From an uncultured Planctomycetales bacterium (GTDB taxonomy: Bacteria; Omnitrophota; Gorgyraeia; Zapsychrales; Fredricksoniimonadaceae), in assembly GCA_964583975.1 (NCBI GenBank), contig CAZOXU010000001.1, forward strand, positions 227,552-291,551: a stretch of 64,000 bases of DNA. The letters are read 5' to 3'. The position numbers were made by a program, and so were the translations under genes. Of this stretch, positions 1 to 9,033 are shown in pieces (positions within the stretch are counted from its first letter, which is position 1; each line of letters starts with the position of its first letter). The notes beneath the pieces were generated by a model that searched no databases, had not been told where the DNA came from, and saw only the letters and a program-made list of their open reading frames with translations.

Positions 1-566
1 CCTGCCATGCTGCGATACCATCGGGCATTCCATTTGGGACCGTATTCTCCCACGTATTTCTTGATAGAGTCTTCACAGGCTTCTGCTGAATTCTTCTGGG
101 CCATCAGGTAGGCTCCTTGCATCACAATTTCTTCTTCTGTTGCATGATTTTCCTGCGAGAAATGTTTTAAAAATTGAGATCTCGATAATGGACTGGGAGT
201 TGATATGAGAAAACAAGCAGCTGTCCCAATTCGCTCTTTGACCTCCGCAGAATATTGTCTAGGAAACTCAAAGCACTCTGCCACTGTTTTACTTTTATCT
301 AGCCCCTCACATACCTTAGAAGCGCACAGCCACTCGGTTATTCTTTTAGCATCTTCCAGACAACCATCGCGATCTGTACATACCGACCAATTTGTTAAGG
401 CAGCATCAAATACATAAAGACGCAATAAGTCAAAATACTCTTTTTTGGGATCTTGAGGTTCACTGGCAGCTACGCCAACGCTCATTTGAGCCATTGTCGG
501 TGCGCTGCCAGCCATGAAGATAACAATGAAAAGCGCGAATCTAAGAAAGGTTAAGTGATTAATCAT
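1..566 (-). CDS. Partial CDS (runs off window edge): secreted Cys-containing hypothetical protein. ATG at 566..564, signal peptide MINHLTFLRFALFIVIFMAGSAPTMAQMS, then a polar Cys-containing domain (CTDRDGC..LCASKVCEG..).
   Basis: Manual minus-strand translation from 566 downward stays open to position 1. It is absent from the ORF track because it is truncated by the window edge. Signal-peptide-like N-terminus. Confidence 0.4.
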   Translation of the reverse strand, partial: MINHLTFLRFALFIVIFMAGSAPTMAQMSVGVAASEPQDPKKEYFDLLRLYVFDAALTNWSVCTDRDGCLEDAKRITEWLCASKVCEGLDKSKTVAECFEFPRQYSAEVKERIGTAACFLISTPSPLSRSQFLKHFSQENHATEEEIVMQGAYLMAQKNSAEACEDSIKKYVGEYGPKWNARWYRSMA

Positions 567-582
567 AGTGTTGATCACATCT

Positions 583-921
583 TTAATAAGAAGTGTGTGT
601 CGTAATATTGGTGTGGTTGACACAGTTTGTACCTGCACCACTCAGTACATTATTATGTGTCACTATGCCTGGCTTGCCTGGCCCAAGTTGAGCCGAAGAA
701 TTGTCTGTCAATGCTGCGGATACTCCCAACGCTGCAACGGTCGACAATCCCACTTTTAATATCGTCTCCTTGCTCACAAAACCATCTTCGTCTTTCATTA
801 AATTTCCTAAAGACTTTTTCACGGCAGGCAAAACCTTTTTGATGACCTTAGCCTTTGCTTTATTATTTTTCTTTGCTTTCATAAGGAGCTCCTTGTGTCC
901 AACGTTGAAAGACCTCAGCAT
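583..921 (-). CDS. Small hypothetical protein with Lys-rich N-terminus, hydrophobic core (ILKVGLSTVAALGVSAAL) and a G/T/N/H-rich tail (..GAGTNCVNHTNITTHTSY). Internal ATG starts are likely at 882 or 798. Candidate exported peptide or substrate of the adjacent radical SAM enzyme.
   Basis: Longest ORF in this interval. Same strand as the rSAM gene and directly 3' of it. Composition only; no recognisable domain. Confidence 0.3.
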   Translation of the reverse strand: MLRSFNVGHKELLMKAKKNNKAKAKVIKKVLPAVKKSLGNLMKDEDGFVSKETILKVGLSTVAALGVSAALTDNSSAQLGPGKPGIVTHNNVLSGAGTNCVNHTNITTHTSY

Positions 922-2272
922 ATTTCTTGTCTCCTAAGAGATAAGAAAAGACTGTCTTGAATTGATTTTTATATATGGATTGCAAACGAGAATCGCCTTT
1001 AATGATAACATTCTTTTCCACCGCATAATTCACCACTGGATCAACTCCGAGCCAAGGACTATAGGCACTTCGATAATTCCACAAATCAGAATACCCAGCG
1101 CTTAATACATAAATCAAATTCTCGTTATTGAGCATCTTATCATAACCTTCTTTATTGATATCACCCAATCGAAAAATATCATCACCTAACATGCGGGCTT
1201 CATCGGTGGGATAACATCCCCCGTCAGGCGCATAAGACATAACCGTACGTCCTGCTCCGGTGGGGTTCATCATATCTACATATCCCGCATCTTGTTTATG
1301 CAAAACCTTGGTCAAGATGGTCCGGGCAATGCGTTCGCTTAAATAGGTGCCAGAGGTATTTAACTTCATGATATATTTCATGGCTCGATCATAAAACGCG
1401 TTAAATTCTTCAGCTGTATACCCCACATCTTCCCAATTGCCACATGCATAACCTATTCGATTGGCAGGCCTCAAAGCAATCTCGCCTTGGCCCAAACGCA
1501 GATATTCATCAATGATGCGCTCTGGATGGGGTAACGAATGTCGGGTAATGGTAGGCAACATATTGATTTTACGTCCGAATTTCTTGGTTAAATGCTGTAT
1601 TTTCTCAATCATTTTGGCATGTGTGCCTCGGCCTGCGACATCGATCCTGTTTCGATCATGGATATCAGCTGGACCATCTAAAGAAGTGCATACAGCCACA
1701 TCATGATCTACGAGGAATTGCATTTTTTCATCATCCATAAGCAAAAGATTCGTAACGACCACAATATTTAAGTTCTTACCTAAGGTATTAAATTTACGCG
1801 CATGCTCGGTCAGAAACTTTAAAACCGGCCAATTCAATAAAGGTTCTCCACCTTGAAACTCGAGGGTCACATTGTTATTACGCACATCAAAAAGATACTG
1901 CAGCACTCGTGTGGCTGTTTCCATCGTCATATCTTCAGATGAAGCGCCGCCTTCAGCATGACAATAGGTGCAGCGCAGATTACAGCGTTTGGTCAAAACC
2001 GCGATGTGTAAGGCTGTATCATTAAATAAATTCGCATTCAAAGTCCTATACCCATCAATGACTTGACGGATATTATCCGCATCGACAATCAAACCCCGCG
2101 ATAACAAACGATTAAATAATGCCCCACCTGCTGGCACATTAAAAGCATTGAGTTGGCGAAATTCTTTTTCATTTAAAGCATCCCAACAACCCATCATGTT
2201 GGTGACTAAATATCGATCATTAATTTTTTCAACGTTAAAAGGAAGGATGGATGATTGGACAGTGGCTGTCAT
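863..2272 (-). CDS. Radical SAM protein with ~100-aa N-terminal extension before the CxxxCxxC cluster (RCNLRCTYCHAEGG) and a GGEPLL motif. Few Cys in the C-terminal half, so no canonical 7-Cys SPASM. The track ORF extends to a TTG at 2338; the ATG at 2272 avoids overlap with the upstream gene.
   Basis: CNLRCTYC (CxxxCxxC), QGGEPLL and VVVTN..DDE motifs are typical of the MoaA/anSME-like radical SAM core. The 2336-2338 start codon is TTG on inspection. Confidence 0.8.
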   Translation of the reverse strand: MTATVQSSILPFNVEKINDRYLVTNMMGCWDALNEKEFRQLNAFNVPAGGALFNRLLSRGLIVDADNIRQVIDGYRTLNANLFNDTALHIAVLTKRCNLRCTYCHAEGGASSEDMTMETATRVLQYLFDVRNNNVTLEFQGGEPLLNWPVLKFLTEHARKFNTLGKNLNIVVVTNLLLMDDEKMQFLVDHDVAVCTSLDGPADIHDRNRIDVAGRGTHAKMIEKIQHLTKKFGRKINMLPTITRHSLPHPERIIDEYLRLGQGEIALRPANRIGYACGNWEDVGYTAEEFNAFYDRAMKYIMKLNTSGTYLSERIARTILTKVLHKQDAGYVDMMNPTGAGRTVMSYAPDGGCYPTDEARMLGDDIFRLGDINKEGYDKMLNNENLIYVLSAGYSDLWNYRSAYSPWLGVDPVVNYAVEKNVIIKGDSRLQSIYKNQFKTVFSYLLGDKKYAEVFQRWTQGAPYESKEK

Positions 2273-2279
2273 AAGAAAC

Positions 2280-2699
2280 TTATTTTTGTGACTTGGGTGT
2301 TTTAGACTTAGGTGTTGCTTGTCGTTCTTCGGCTTCAAGTTCCTTGATCAAATTCTCAATTTCTTTCTCTTCGGCTTCTTTGACAATCGAAGGTGAAGCT
2401 GAAAATAGTGCTCGCTGCAATAAAACCTTCATGTTCTCGGCATTAGCTTTGAGGCTGCTAAAATAATGCGCATAATTAAGCAATTCATCAGAAAATTCTA
2501 AAGCCAATTTTTGCAAATCGTGCTTTTCATTCTTGGGCTTAAGCCAGACGGTGATCGAATCCTTCTTCTCATCTTCCAGTCTGACATGAGCTCGATCCAT
2601 ATAAGCATAACTGGCGGACTGAACAGCTTGTAAGGTATACAGTTTTAAGCTTACAGGGACAATAACTCCGCCTTCTGCTTCTTTAAATTTGGTCTTCAT
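2280..2699 (-). CDS. Hypothetical 139-aa protein with a charged, coiled-coil-like C-terminus (EAEEKEIENLIKELEAEERQ). First gene of the rSAM cassette.
   Basis: ORF with an AGGAG Shine-Dalgarno and a sigma70-like promoter upstream. No recognisable family. Confidence 0.5.
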   Translation of the reverse strand: MKTKFKEAEGGVIVPVSLKLYTLQAVQSASYAYMDRAHVRLEDEKKDSITVWLKPKNEKHDLQKLALEFSDELLNYAHYFSSLKANAENMKVLLQRALFSASPSIVKEAEEKEIENLIKELEAEERQATPKSKTPKSQK

Positions 2700-2754
2700 A
2701 AAAACTCCTAAACCTTGTTTTGATTTTTTAAAGTGAATTTTGAAATCTATTTAA

Positions 2755-2782
2755 AGTATACACGTTTCATCATGTTTTGCAA
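2755..2782 (-). promoter_or_regulatory. Sigma70-like promoter for the 139aa-rSAM-peptide operon. Minus strand reads TTGCAA-N16-TATACT.
   Basis: TTGCAA at 2777-2782 and TATACT (plus agtata at 2755-2760) with a 16-nt spacer, ~50 nt upstream of the AGGAG-ATG at 2699. Confidence 0.4.
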
Positions 2783-2811
2783 TCATTCCTGCTTTCAAGC
2801 GGCCACAAATA

Positions 2812-4230
2812 TCAACCATTATGAAGTCGACTGTGTTTGCGGCTGTAAGCAAAATAGATCACCATACCAATCAATAGCCAGACAATCAAACGAAGCCAAG
2901 TTTCCATATTTAAAGAGTACATCATGGAAAAACACACCACGATCCCCAAGATCGGAAAAAGCGGCACAAAGGGTGTGCGGTAAGGACGCGGCGTATCGGG
3001 CTGAACTTTACGCAAAACGATGACACCGGCACAAACAATAATAAAGGCCATTAAGGTACCAATGGATGTCATATGCCCTAATTGTGAAATCGGTAAGAAT
3101 CCAGCACACAAACCCACGACCAGCATGAAGATCAAGTTTGATTTCCAAGGTGTTTTAAATTTGGGATGAATGTCTGAGAAAATTTTAGGTAAAAGCCCAT
3201 CGCGCGACATCGAATAAAATACGCGTGACTGACCCAAGAGCATGACTAAAATCACCGAGGTAAATCCCATGATGATGCCAAATTTGATCATCATCTGCAG
3301 CCAAGGATAAGGTGTTAAATTAATGGCGGTGGCAACAGGAGCAGCATCGCCTCGCATATCTTTGTAATTAACCATCCCTGTTAACACAAAGGAAAACAAA
3401 AGATACAAAATCGTACAAATAAACAGCGATCCTAAAATTCCAATGGGTATATCCCTAGATGGTTTACGAGATTCTTGGGCTGCGGTCGACACCGAATCAA
3501 AACCAATATAAGCAAAGAAAATAATCCCTGCCGCGCGCATAATACCACTTAGCCCAAACTCACCAAACGTTCCGGTATTAGGCGGAATAAATGGTTGATA
3601 GTTTTCTGACTTTATATAGTGCAAGCCCACACAGATAAAGGTCAACACAACAGCCACCTTCACTACCACAATAAAGGCATTCACGTTGGCTGATTCTTTG
3701 ATCCCCGCAATGAGTAAAGCCGAAATCCCAATAATGACAATCATGGCTGGCACATTGACAATGCCAGGGGTAGGATCAAAAGGACAAGCTGTAAATTGAT
3801 TTGGTAAGGTGATTCCAAATCCTTTTAAGAAATCAACCACATAGCGTGACCAGCTGACCGCAACTACGGCTGAAGCAACAGCATATTCAAGCACCAAGTC
3901 CCACCCAATAATCCAGGCAATAAATTCTCCCAAGGTCGCATATGAATAAGTATAGGCGCTGCCAGCCACAGGAATCATCGAAGCAAGCTCGCTATAACAC
4001 ATACCAGCAAAAGTGCAGGCCAGGGCTGCTACTGCAAAAGAAAGAACAACGGCCGGTCCAGCGTTTTCAGCGGCCGCAATACCAGTTAATGAAAATAAAC
4101 CAGCTCCAATAATCGCTCCAATACCTAAGGCAATCAGACTTTTGGGCCCGAGGGTTTTCTTAAGCGAATGCTCTCCATCTTCAGATTCTTCAACGATACG
4201 GTTAATGGGTTTGCGCACAAAAAGATTCAT
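2812..4230 (-). CDS. APC-superfamily amino acid permease
   Basis: 12-TM profile and conserved N-terminal APC signature FSLTGIAAAENAGPAVVLSF..GMCYSELASMIPVAGSAYTYSYATLGEF. Confidence 0.85.
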   Translation of the reverse strand: MNLFVRKPINRIVEESEDGEHSLKKTLGPKSLIALGIGAIIGAGLFSLTGIAAAENAGPAVVLSFAVAALACTFAGMCYSELASMIPVAGSAYTYSYATLGEFIAWIIGWDLVLEYAVASAVVAVSWSRYVVDFLKGFGITLPNQFTACPFDPTPGIVNVPAMIVIIGISALLIAGIKESANVNAFIVVVKVAVVLTFICVGLHYIKSENYQPFIPPNTGTFGEFGLSGIMRAAGIIFFAYIGFDSVSTAAQESRKPSRDIPIGILGSLFICTILYLLFSFVLTGMVNYKDMRGDAAPVATAINLTPYPWLQMMIKFGIIMGFTSVILVMLLGQSRVFYSMSRDGLLPKIFSDIHPKFKTPWKSNLIFMLVVGLCAGFLPISQLGHMTSIGTLMAFIIVCAGVIVLRKVQPDTPRPYRTPFVPLFPILGIVVCFSMMYSLNMETWLRLIVWLLIGMVIYFAYSRKHSRLHNG

Positions 4231-4250
4231 TGATTAACCCTTTCTAAAGT

Positions 4251-5210
4251 TTATTTTAATTTTTCTTTCAACTGGTAAAGCAGCCCGGCGGCAATTTCTG
4301 GTTTAGCTAACATATATTTTCTGGCTTTAATTACAATCTCAGATTGCGCCCAGCCTTTATCATGGATATTAATAGTTATATCACAACCGTAAACCTTAGT
4401 GAGAATTTGGCCAGTTTTTCTATCTTCATGCTTAATAGTCCCTAAGCTTGTAACAAGTTTTAAGCTTTCATCATAGACTCGATTAAACGAGTGGTGCATC
4501 ATGGCTTTGGCATCATCGGTCGCTACAATAACTCCGAAAGCAACCGCGGGCAGAAACCCAACACCTAAAAGAGTGGTAGCTGCCATCATCCCTGCCCCAC
4601 GTATTGCTGTTGGTTTAAGCGCTTCAACCATTACTGCTGCAATCAATTTGGGAGCGCCATCAACATTTCGTATCACCTTATCCTTGATGTTCACATCATA
4701 CTCTTGCACTAATTCAGGCGGGGCATGAGTAAAATCTTTCACAATAATCCTGCCAATATTCAGCCTTAGCGTATCAATTTGAAAAGCCACCGGCTGACCC
4801 TTTTTTTCTTTAGCAGCAGCCATTTGTTCCTGGACAATCTTTAATGAATCCAAATTTAATTTACCGTCTTTATTTTTCACGACAATCATCTTGTCCATAT
4901 TAAAGACCACTTCAGGAAAATGCATCTTCCCCGTCAATAATTCATGAATATTCACCGCAACAGCCATCTCAGGCATGACCAAAAAAGCTTCATCAGGAAA
5001 ACCAGGGGGATTATAAAGTTTTAAATTTTTGATGCGGATTTTCTGGGAGAAAACACCCAATTGAAAACTTCCTATCTGGAGTCGACTACCAATCACCGAA
5101 GGCGCAGCAGCTTCGATCGCCAACTTAATTACAAAATCTCTGGCCACGGATAAAACAACGATGGCCGCAACCAGAATAATGACCCATTTGAAGTATTTAT
5201 TTTTTACCAT
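4251..5210 (-). CDS. Hypothetical membrane-anchored protein (N-terminal TM helix, 319 aa)
   Basis: ORF with an N-terminal hydrophobic helix WVIILVAAIVVLSV. No family recognised. Confidence 0.5.
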   Translation of the reverse strand: MVKNKYFKWVIILVAAIVVLSVARDFVIKLAIEAAAPSVIGSRLQIGSFQLGVFSQKIRIKNLKLYNPPGFPDEAFLVMPEMAVAVNIHELLTGKMHFPEVVFNMDKMIVVKNKDGKLNLDSLKIVQEQMAAAKEKKGQPVAFQIDTLRLNIGRIIVKDFTHAPPELVQEYDVNIKDKVIRNVDGAPKLIAAVMVEALKPTAIRGAGMMAATTLLGVGFLPAVAFGVIVATDDAKAMMHHSFNRVYDESLKLVTSLGTIKHEDRKTGQILTKVYGCDITINIHDKGWAQSEIVIKARKYMLAKPEIAAGLLYQLKEKLK

Positions 5211-5216
5211 AAAAAG

Positions 5217-5252
5217 AAAAAAGGGCAGATAGTATTAGTATCTGCCCTTTTT
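5217..5252 (-). terminator. Rho-independent terminator (GGGCAGATA-loop-TATCTGCCC followed by a T-run) downstream of the lipoprotein gene. It is preceded by a second hairpin, GATGATGA-tcgaatc-TCATCATC.
   Basis: Perfect 9-bp GC-containing stem followed by TTTTTTCTTTTT on the transcribed (minus) strand. It lies between the stop at 5280 and the next start at 5210. Confidence 0.6.
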
Positions 5253-5279
5253 GAAGATGATGATCGAATCTCATCATCA

Positions 5280-5804
5280 TTATTTTTGTAGATATTTTTC
5301 TTTTAATAACGCGATTTGACCAGCAGGGTATTCTTTAACAAGTTTACCTTTGCCGTCGTAGATGGTCACATCACCATTTTCGCTTTGTACAGAAGAATAA
5401 AGGACTTGGCCATTTTCATTCTTAGCTGTCACGGAAGTGTTGCTACGTTCAAAAATCACTCCATGATTAGCAGCGGATGCGACATGGACCTGATCGGTTT
5501 TTGCATTATAGGTCATTAAAACTTTATCCTGACCATTTTGAGCAATACGACTTTGAGAGGCTCCAGCAGCTTCTACTGGATTTTTTCCTGACCAGAATTC
5601 AATCGAGTTAAACACAATGGCATCAGCAAATGTGGCTAAACCATAAATAGGAGTTAAAGCTACGAGTAAGAAACAAAGCTCATCTGCCCACTTATCTGAT
5701 TGGGAACGATGAAAATTGTAAACTTTTTTGGTGAGATTAAACGAACCTGTACAACCTGCGGCTAGGAATGCAACTACCATGATTGAGACTACGATTTTGT
5801 TCAT
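5280..5804 (-). CDS. Lipoprotein, DUF3332-like (signal peptide plus lipobox AAGC)
   Basis: MNKIVVSIMVVAFLAAGC lipoprotein signal. N-terminal GSFNLTKKVYNFH resembles DUF3332 lipoproteins. Confidence 0.5.
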   Translation of the reverse strand: MNKIVVSIMVVAFLAAGCTGSFNLTKKVYNFHRSQSDKWADELCFLLVALTPIYGLATFADAIVFNSIEFWSGKNPVEAAGASQSRIAQNGQDKVLMTYNAKTDQVHVASAANHGVIFERSNTSVTAKNENGQVLYSSVQSENGDVTIYDGKGKLVKEYPAGQIALLKEKYLQK

Positions 5805-5896
5805 ACTCCCCTCCTTAGTTATGGTTCTTAAGCAACAACACGAATCATTCTAGCATAAAGAATTAAAAATCAACAGGAAACAACTCTGCAAAAATC

Positions 5897-6184
5897 TTAT
5901 TGAATTAAAATTGTTGATTCTGGTTGAGCATCATAGGTAGGCGGCAACTCTTTGGGTTGAGCGGTTGTTTTACGAATATGTGGGATCACTGCTTCGGGAG
6001 TTGAATTTTCAACGCTCGCTTGAGGACTTGCAACGATGGTTGTAGCACTGAGATCTTGCGATGGAACAGATTGAACTTCACCTGGCACAGATCCGCTAGA
6101 AACCGGAACAGGTTTAGGCATTTGGTATTGATAAACAAAGAAAGCTACTATTCCAATCACTAGCGCAATTAAAAATTGCTTCAT
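5897..6184 (-). CDS. Small membrane protein with one N-terminal TM helix and a Pro/Ser-rich tail
   Basis: ORF immediately 3' of the PilX-like gene. Hydrophobic N-terminus LIALVIGIVAFFVY. Confidence 0.35.
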   Translation of the reverse strand: MKQFLIALVIGIVAFFVYQYQMPKPVPVSSGSVPGEVQSVPSQDLSATTIVASPQASVENSTPEAVIPHIRKTTAQPKELPPTYDAQPESTILIQ

Positions 6185-7884
6185 TAGAACCCTCCTGTTT
6201 GAGAAAACTTCTTATCATTGATATCATTACTAAAAGCAATGAATGTATTTAAAGTTGGGAAATACGGTGGAATAAACTCGGTTTCCATACGGGTATCATA
6301 AACGAAATTTCTTCCATATCCAGATACAGCTGTTCCTGAGGAACTATTAAAGGTTCCGAAACCTCCGTAATAGTCACTGATAACCCCTCCTAAGATGGTC
6401 GCTGTCCCGCGCACAGCAGTTGAATCATAATTATCAACTGTAACAATTCCCTGCTGGGCCATAATGGTAGCATGAATATCAATATTATTGGGAGCTGAAG
6501 TTCCAATACGCACATCGCCCGCCCAACTCATAATACCTAGAAGATTATTGTAGCCTTCTGAGGAAGGAGCTACATAACCGGCACTTCCTGGAGTACCCGT
6601 AGCTGGCGTATATTGAGCATAGCGAACATGATTTTGAATCACCACATCATTGTGAGAAGCAATCAGCATCTGTGTATCTTTCTGAACTGTGCCTCCAAGA
6701 CTTGTGATATTACCGTTCACATAAATAATAGTTCCCACATGATCAACCCCATCAGGTTTACCTGTATAGGTATTAGTGGTACTCCCCGCGACAATGGTTT
6801 GATTGTTTGTACGATCAACTGTAATGGTCTTTGTTGTTCCTCCTTGGACAATCGTGTACACGGCACGATCGCTTCCATCCACACTCATCGTAATTGTCGC
6901 ATCGCCTTTAACATAAATACCTCCACTGACCGCGCCACTGCTAGTAGGAACATAAATACCATTGGAACCGTATGTATTTCCTGCACTAGCTTCCGCTGCC
7001 ATGGTTGATTCCAAAGAAGTAGAAGGCATCGTGATAGCTGTGGCTGAACGCTGCAAGCTCTCGTGAAATGTCGGCACATCTATAGTTCCGTTATGATCAT
7101 TACTTAAACTCACTGAACTTCCATTATTATAAAATCGGGCTTGTGAATCTTCCTGCTGTACCAAGCCATAAAAGTTTCCGCTAGGATTATAAGCAAAGTT
7201 ATAGCGACCATTGGTATACATCGGACCAGAAAAATTCGTAGAATTGGTAAACCACACATTACTACCGTTGGGCATGGTTTGATTATTGGTAAAAAGCGCA
7301 TAGCGGGCAAAATTATCTTTGCGGACACGAACAGTAAAATCTCCATTGATACTTGTCTTCTTACTTTGACTTCCATCCGAACCAGTACTTTGAATTTGGA
7401 AATAATAAGGAAAATCCCAGGTATTCGGAGCAACAGTCACAGGATTTCCTTTGGGAGTAATCACAATATTGTAGCCATAATTACTTGTCGTATTGATCGA
7501 CGTTGATCCACCGTTATAGACGGCCTGGCTTCCACTTTGCGTTAATAAAGAAGTTGCCCCATTTCTAGTGTAGGCCACTAAAAATCCTAACGCATTGTTG
7601 GTCGAGACATAATTAGCTGCTTGTGAAGCAATGACCGCGGGACTAGTGGCATTGACCGTTTGCAATAAAGAGGTATTAATTAAAGAATCTAATTGATTCA
7701 ACCCAGCGTTAGACCCACCTTCCGAGGCATAGAAAGCCTTGGCACTTCGGATTTCTCGGTCAGCCATGGCTTTTTCAAAAATGGCTTTCGATATATACAT
7801 GGCTGATAGAATGACAACCATGGCAACCACCATCATAGATATTGCTAGAGCTATGCCTTTTTTGTTTTGATAGAAATTTTTCAT
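6184..7884 (-). CDS. PilX-like type IV pilus assembly / tip-associated protein, with an N-terminal PilX_N-like hydrophobic segment and a large S/T/N/G-rich extracellular domain
   Basis: N-terminus KKGIALAISMMVVAMVVIL..KAIFEKAMADREIRSAKAFYASEGG resembles the PilX N-terminal domain. It lies adjacent to two prepilin-type genes. Confidence 0.55.
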   Translation of the reverse strand: MKNFYQNKKGIALAISMMVVAMVVILSAMYISKAIFEKAMADREIRSAKAFYASEGGSNAGLNQLDSLINTSLLQTVNATSPAVIASQAANYVSTNNALGFLVAYTRNGATSLLTQSGSQAVYNGGSTSINTTSNYGYNIVITPKGNPVTVAPNTWDFPYYFQIQSTGSDGSQSKKTSINGDFTVRVRKDNFARYALFTNNQTMPNGSNVWFTNSTNFSGPMYTNGRYNFAYNPSGNFYGLVQQEDSQARFYNNGSSVSLSNDHNGTIDVPTFHESLQRSATAITMPSTSLESTMAAEASAGNTYGSNGIYVPTSSGAVSGGIYVKGDATITMSVDGSDRAVYTIVQGGTTKTITVDRTNNQTIVAGSTTNTYTGKPDGVDHVGTIIYVNGNITSLGGTVQKDTQMLIASHNDVVIQNHVRYAQYTPATGTPGSAGYVAPSSEGYNNLLGIMSWAGDVRIGTSAPNNIDIHATIMAQQGIVTVDNYDSTAVRGTATILGGVISDYYGGFGTFNSSSGTAVSGYGRNFVYDTRMETEFIPPYFPTLNTFIAFSNDINDKKFSQTGGF

Positions 7885-7886
7885 AT

Positions 7887-8546
7887 CTACCCCCCCAAAT
7901 TATTGAGCAATACATCAGTGCTATACGTTACTGTGATTGTTCTGCCCACTGGAGATTTTTTCTGTCCAGTTAAAACAAAGGTAATGACATGTAAATCAGC
8001 ACTTAAAGAAACTTGAAAGTTGGTAATGTCATTACCTACAATTGTCGTACTGCCACTCACAGTGGTGAGCGCTGTGCTTAAGATCTTACGTTCGAGTTGA
8101 TTCGATGAATTGATGGAATATTGAATATGTTTATACTCGAGGGTTGAGCAATCGCCATTGGCATCCATGCAAGTATAACTATTGCATCCCCAGCTTAAAG
8201 GGGCTCCCCAATAATTAGGATTACTGGTAGCTGAATTTAATAAGGTGCTGCTCGAAGAGCATAGAATAGGAATGGAAAAACGAATGACATCCGAACTATT
8301 TGGACCTGTTCCATCAGAAATCGTAAATTGGGCTACATTGTTTTGATATCCCGTATTCCTTAACTCCAAGGCTATCTTTTCAGAAGACAAACGCAGACTA
8401 TTACGTAAATCAATTCCTGTGTCAGCCGTAAACAAAGACGATTGGGCCTGTCCTAATAAACCAAATACCGCAGCCATAACAAAGGTTAACAGGGCCATGA
8501 CGATGATCAGCTCTGTCAAAGAAAAGCCCTTTGTCTTAACTACCAT
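7887..8546 (-). CDS. Type IV pilus minor pilin / pseudopilin (prepilin-type N-terminal cleavage/methylation domain). The track ORF extends to 8612.
   Basis: KG|FSLTELIIVMALL matches the class III signal motif G/F-x-x-x-E. A start at M23 gives a 6-aa leader. Confidence 0.6.
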   Translation of the reverse strand: MVVKTKGFSLTELIIVMALLTFVMAAVFGLLGQAQSSLFTADTGIDLRNSLRLSSEKIALELRNTGYQNNVAQFTISDGTGPNSSDVIRFSIPILCSSSSTLLNSATSNPNYWGAPLSWGCNSYTCMDANGDCSTLEYKHIQYSINSSNQLERKILSTALTTVSGSTTIVGNDITNFQVSLSADLHVITFVLTGQKKSPVGRTITVTYSTDVLLNNLGG

Positions 8547-9033
8547 AGATGTTGCTCGTAATCTGTACATACGAGTCCAATTGTCCATTACCATTTGTAT
8601 CTTCTCCTGCATCTAATACCCCATTAATGTTCTTATCTTCACCAATTAACCGACCATTAGGCTGCTTCCAACAAAAAACAATCTTGATTTGAGGCAAATT
8701 GACGTTGGAATTATTAACATAAACAACGCCTCGTCCGTTGATGTTTGCTGCTGTAAATGTGGTGTTATTATATGTGGCAAAAAGTGTGGCAAACGTAGAG
8801 TTCTTGATGTTTTCCATCTTGTTTCTAACCGCTTGAGTGGCGATTGAAGTATTGCGGCCTAAATCCTGCAGTTCAAGGCATTTCACATAACTATAAAGAA
8901 TACCAACAATGGCAATGACAAACACAACCAAGGAAACGATAAGCTCAGGAAGCGTCACTCCCCTTTGGTTATTCTTATGGAAGTAGTAATTTCTAATCAT
9001 TCCCTTGGCTCCCCCAAAAAGACACTCATTCAT
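8536..9033 (-). CDS. Type IV pilus minor pilin / pseudopilin (prepilin-type N-terminal domain)
   Basis: RG|VTLPELIVSLVVFVIAIV prepilin cleavage/methylation motif. Confidence 0.6.
   Translation of the reverse strand: MNECLFGGAKGMIRNYYFHKNNQRGVTLPELIVSLVVFVIAIVGILYSYVKCLELQDLGRNTSIATQAVRNKMENIKNSTFATLFATYNNTTFTAANINGRGVVYVNNSNVNLPQIKIVFCWKQPNGRLIGEDKNINGVLDAGEDTNGNGQLDSYVQITSNIYGS

Noticed and set aside
205-417. Plus-strand 70-aa ORF at the window start
   Set aside because: It lies antisense to a longer minus-strand ORF (1-566) that has a convincing signal peptide. Its composition looks like a random AT-rich reading frame.
2273-2338. 5' extension of the radical SAM ORF to 2338
   Set aside because: The codon at 2336-2338 is TTG and would overlap the upstream gene by 59 nt. 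The in-frame ATG at 2272 removes the overlap.
6613-7008. Plus-strand ORFs nested inside minus-strand genes (e.g. 6613-7008, 7279-7506, 33089-33448, 33540-33848, 37326-37676, 45127-45426, 60949-61221)
   Set aside because: Each is wholly antisense to a longer ORF with recognisable domains. They are typical shadow ORFs.
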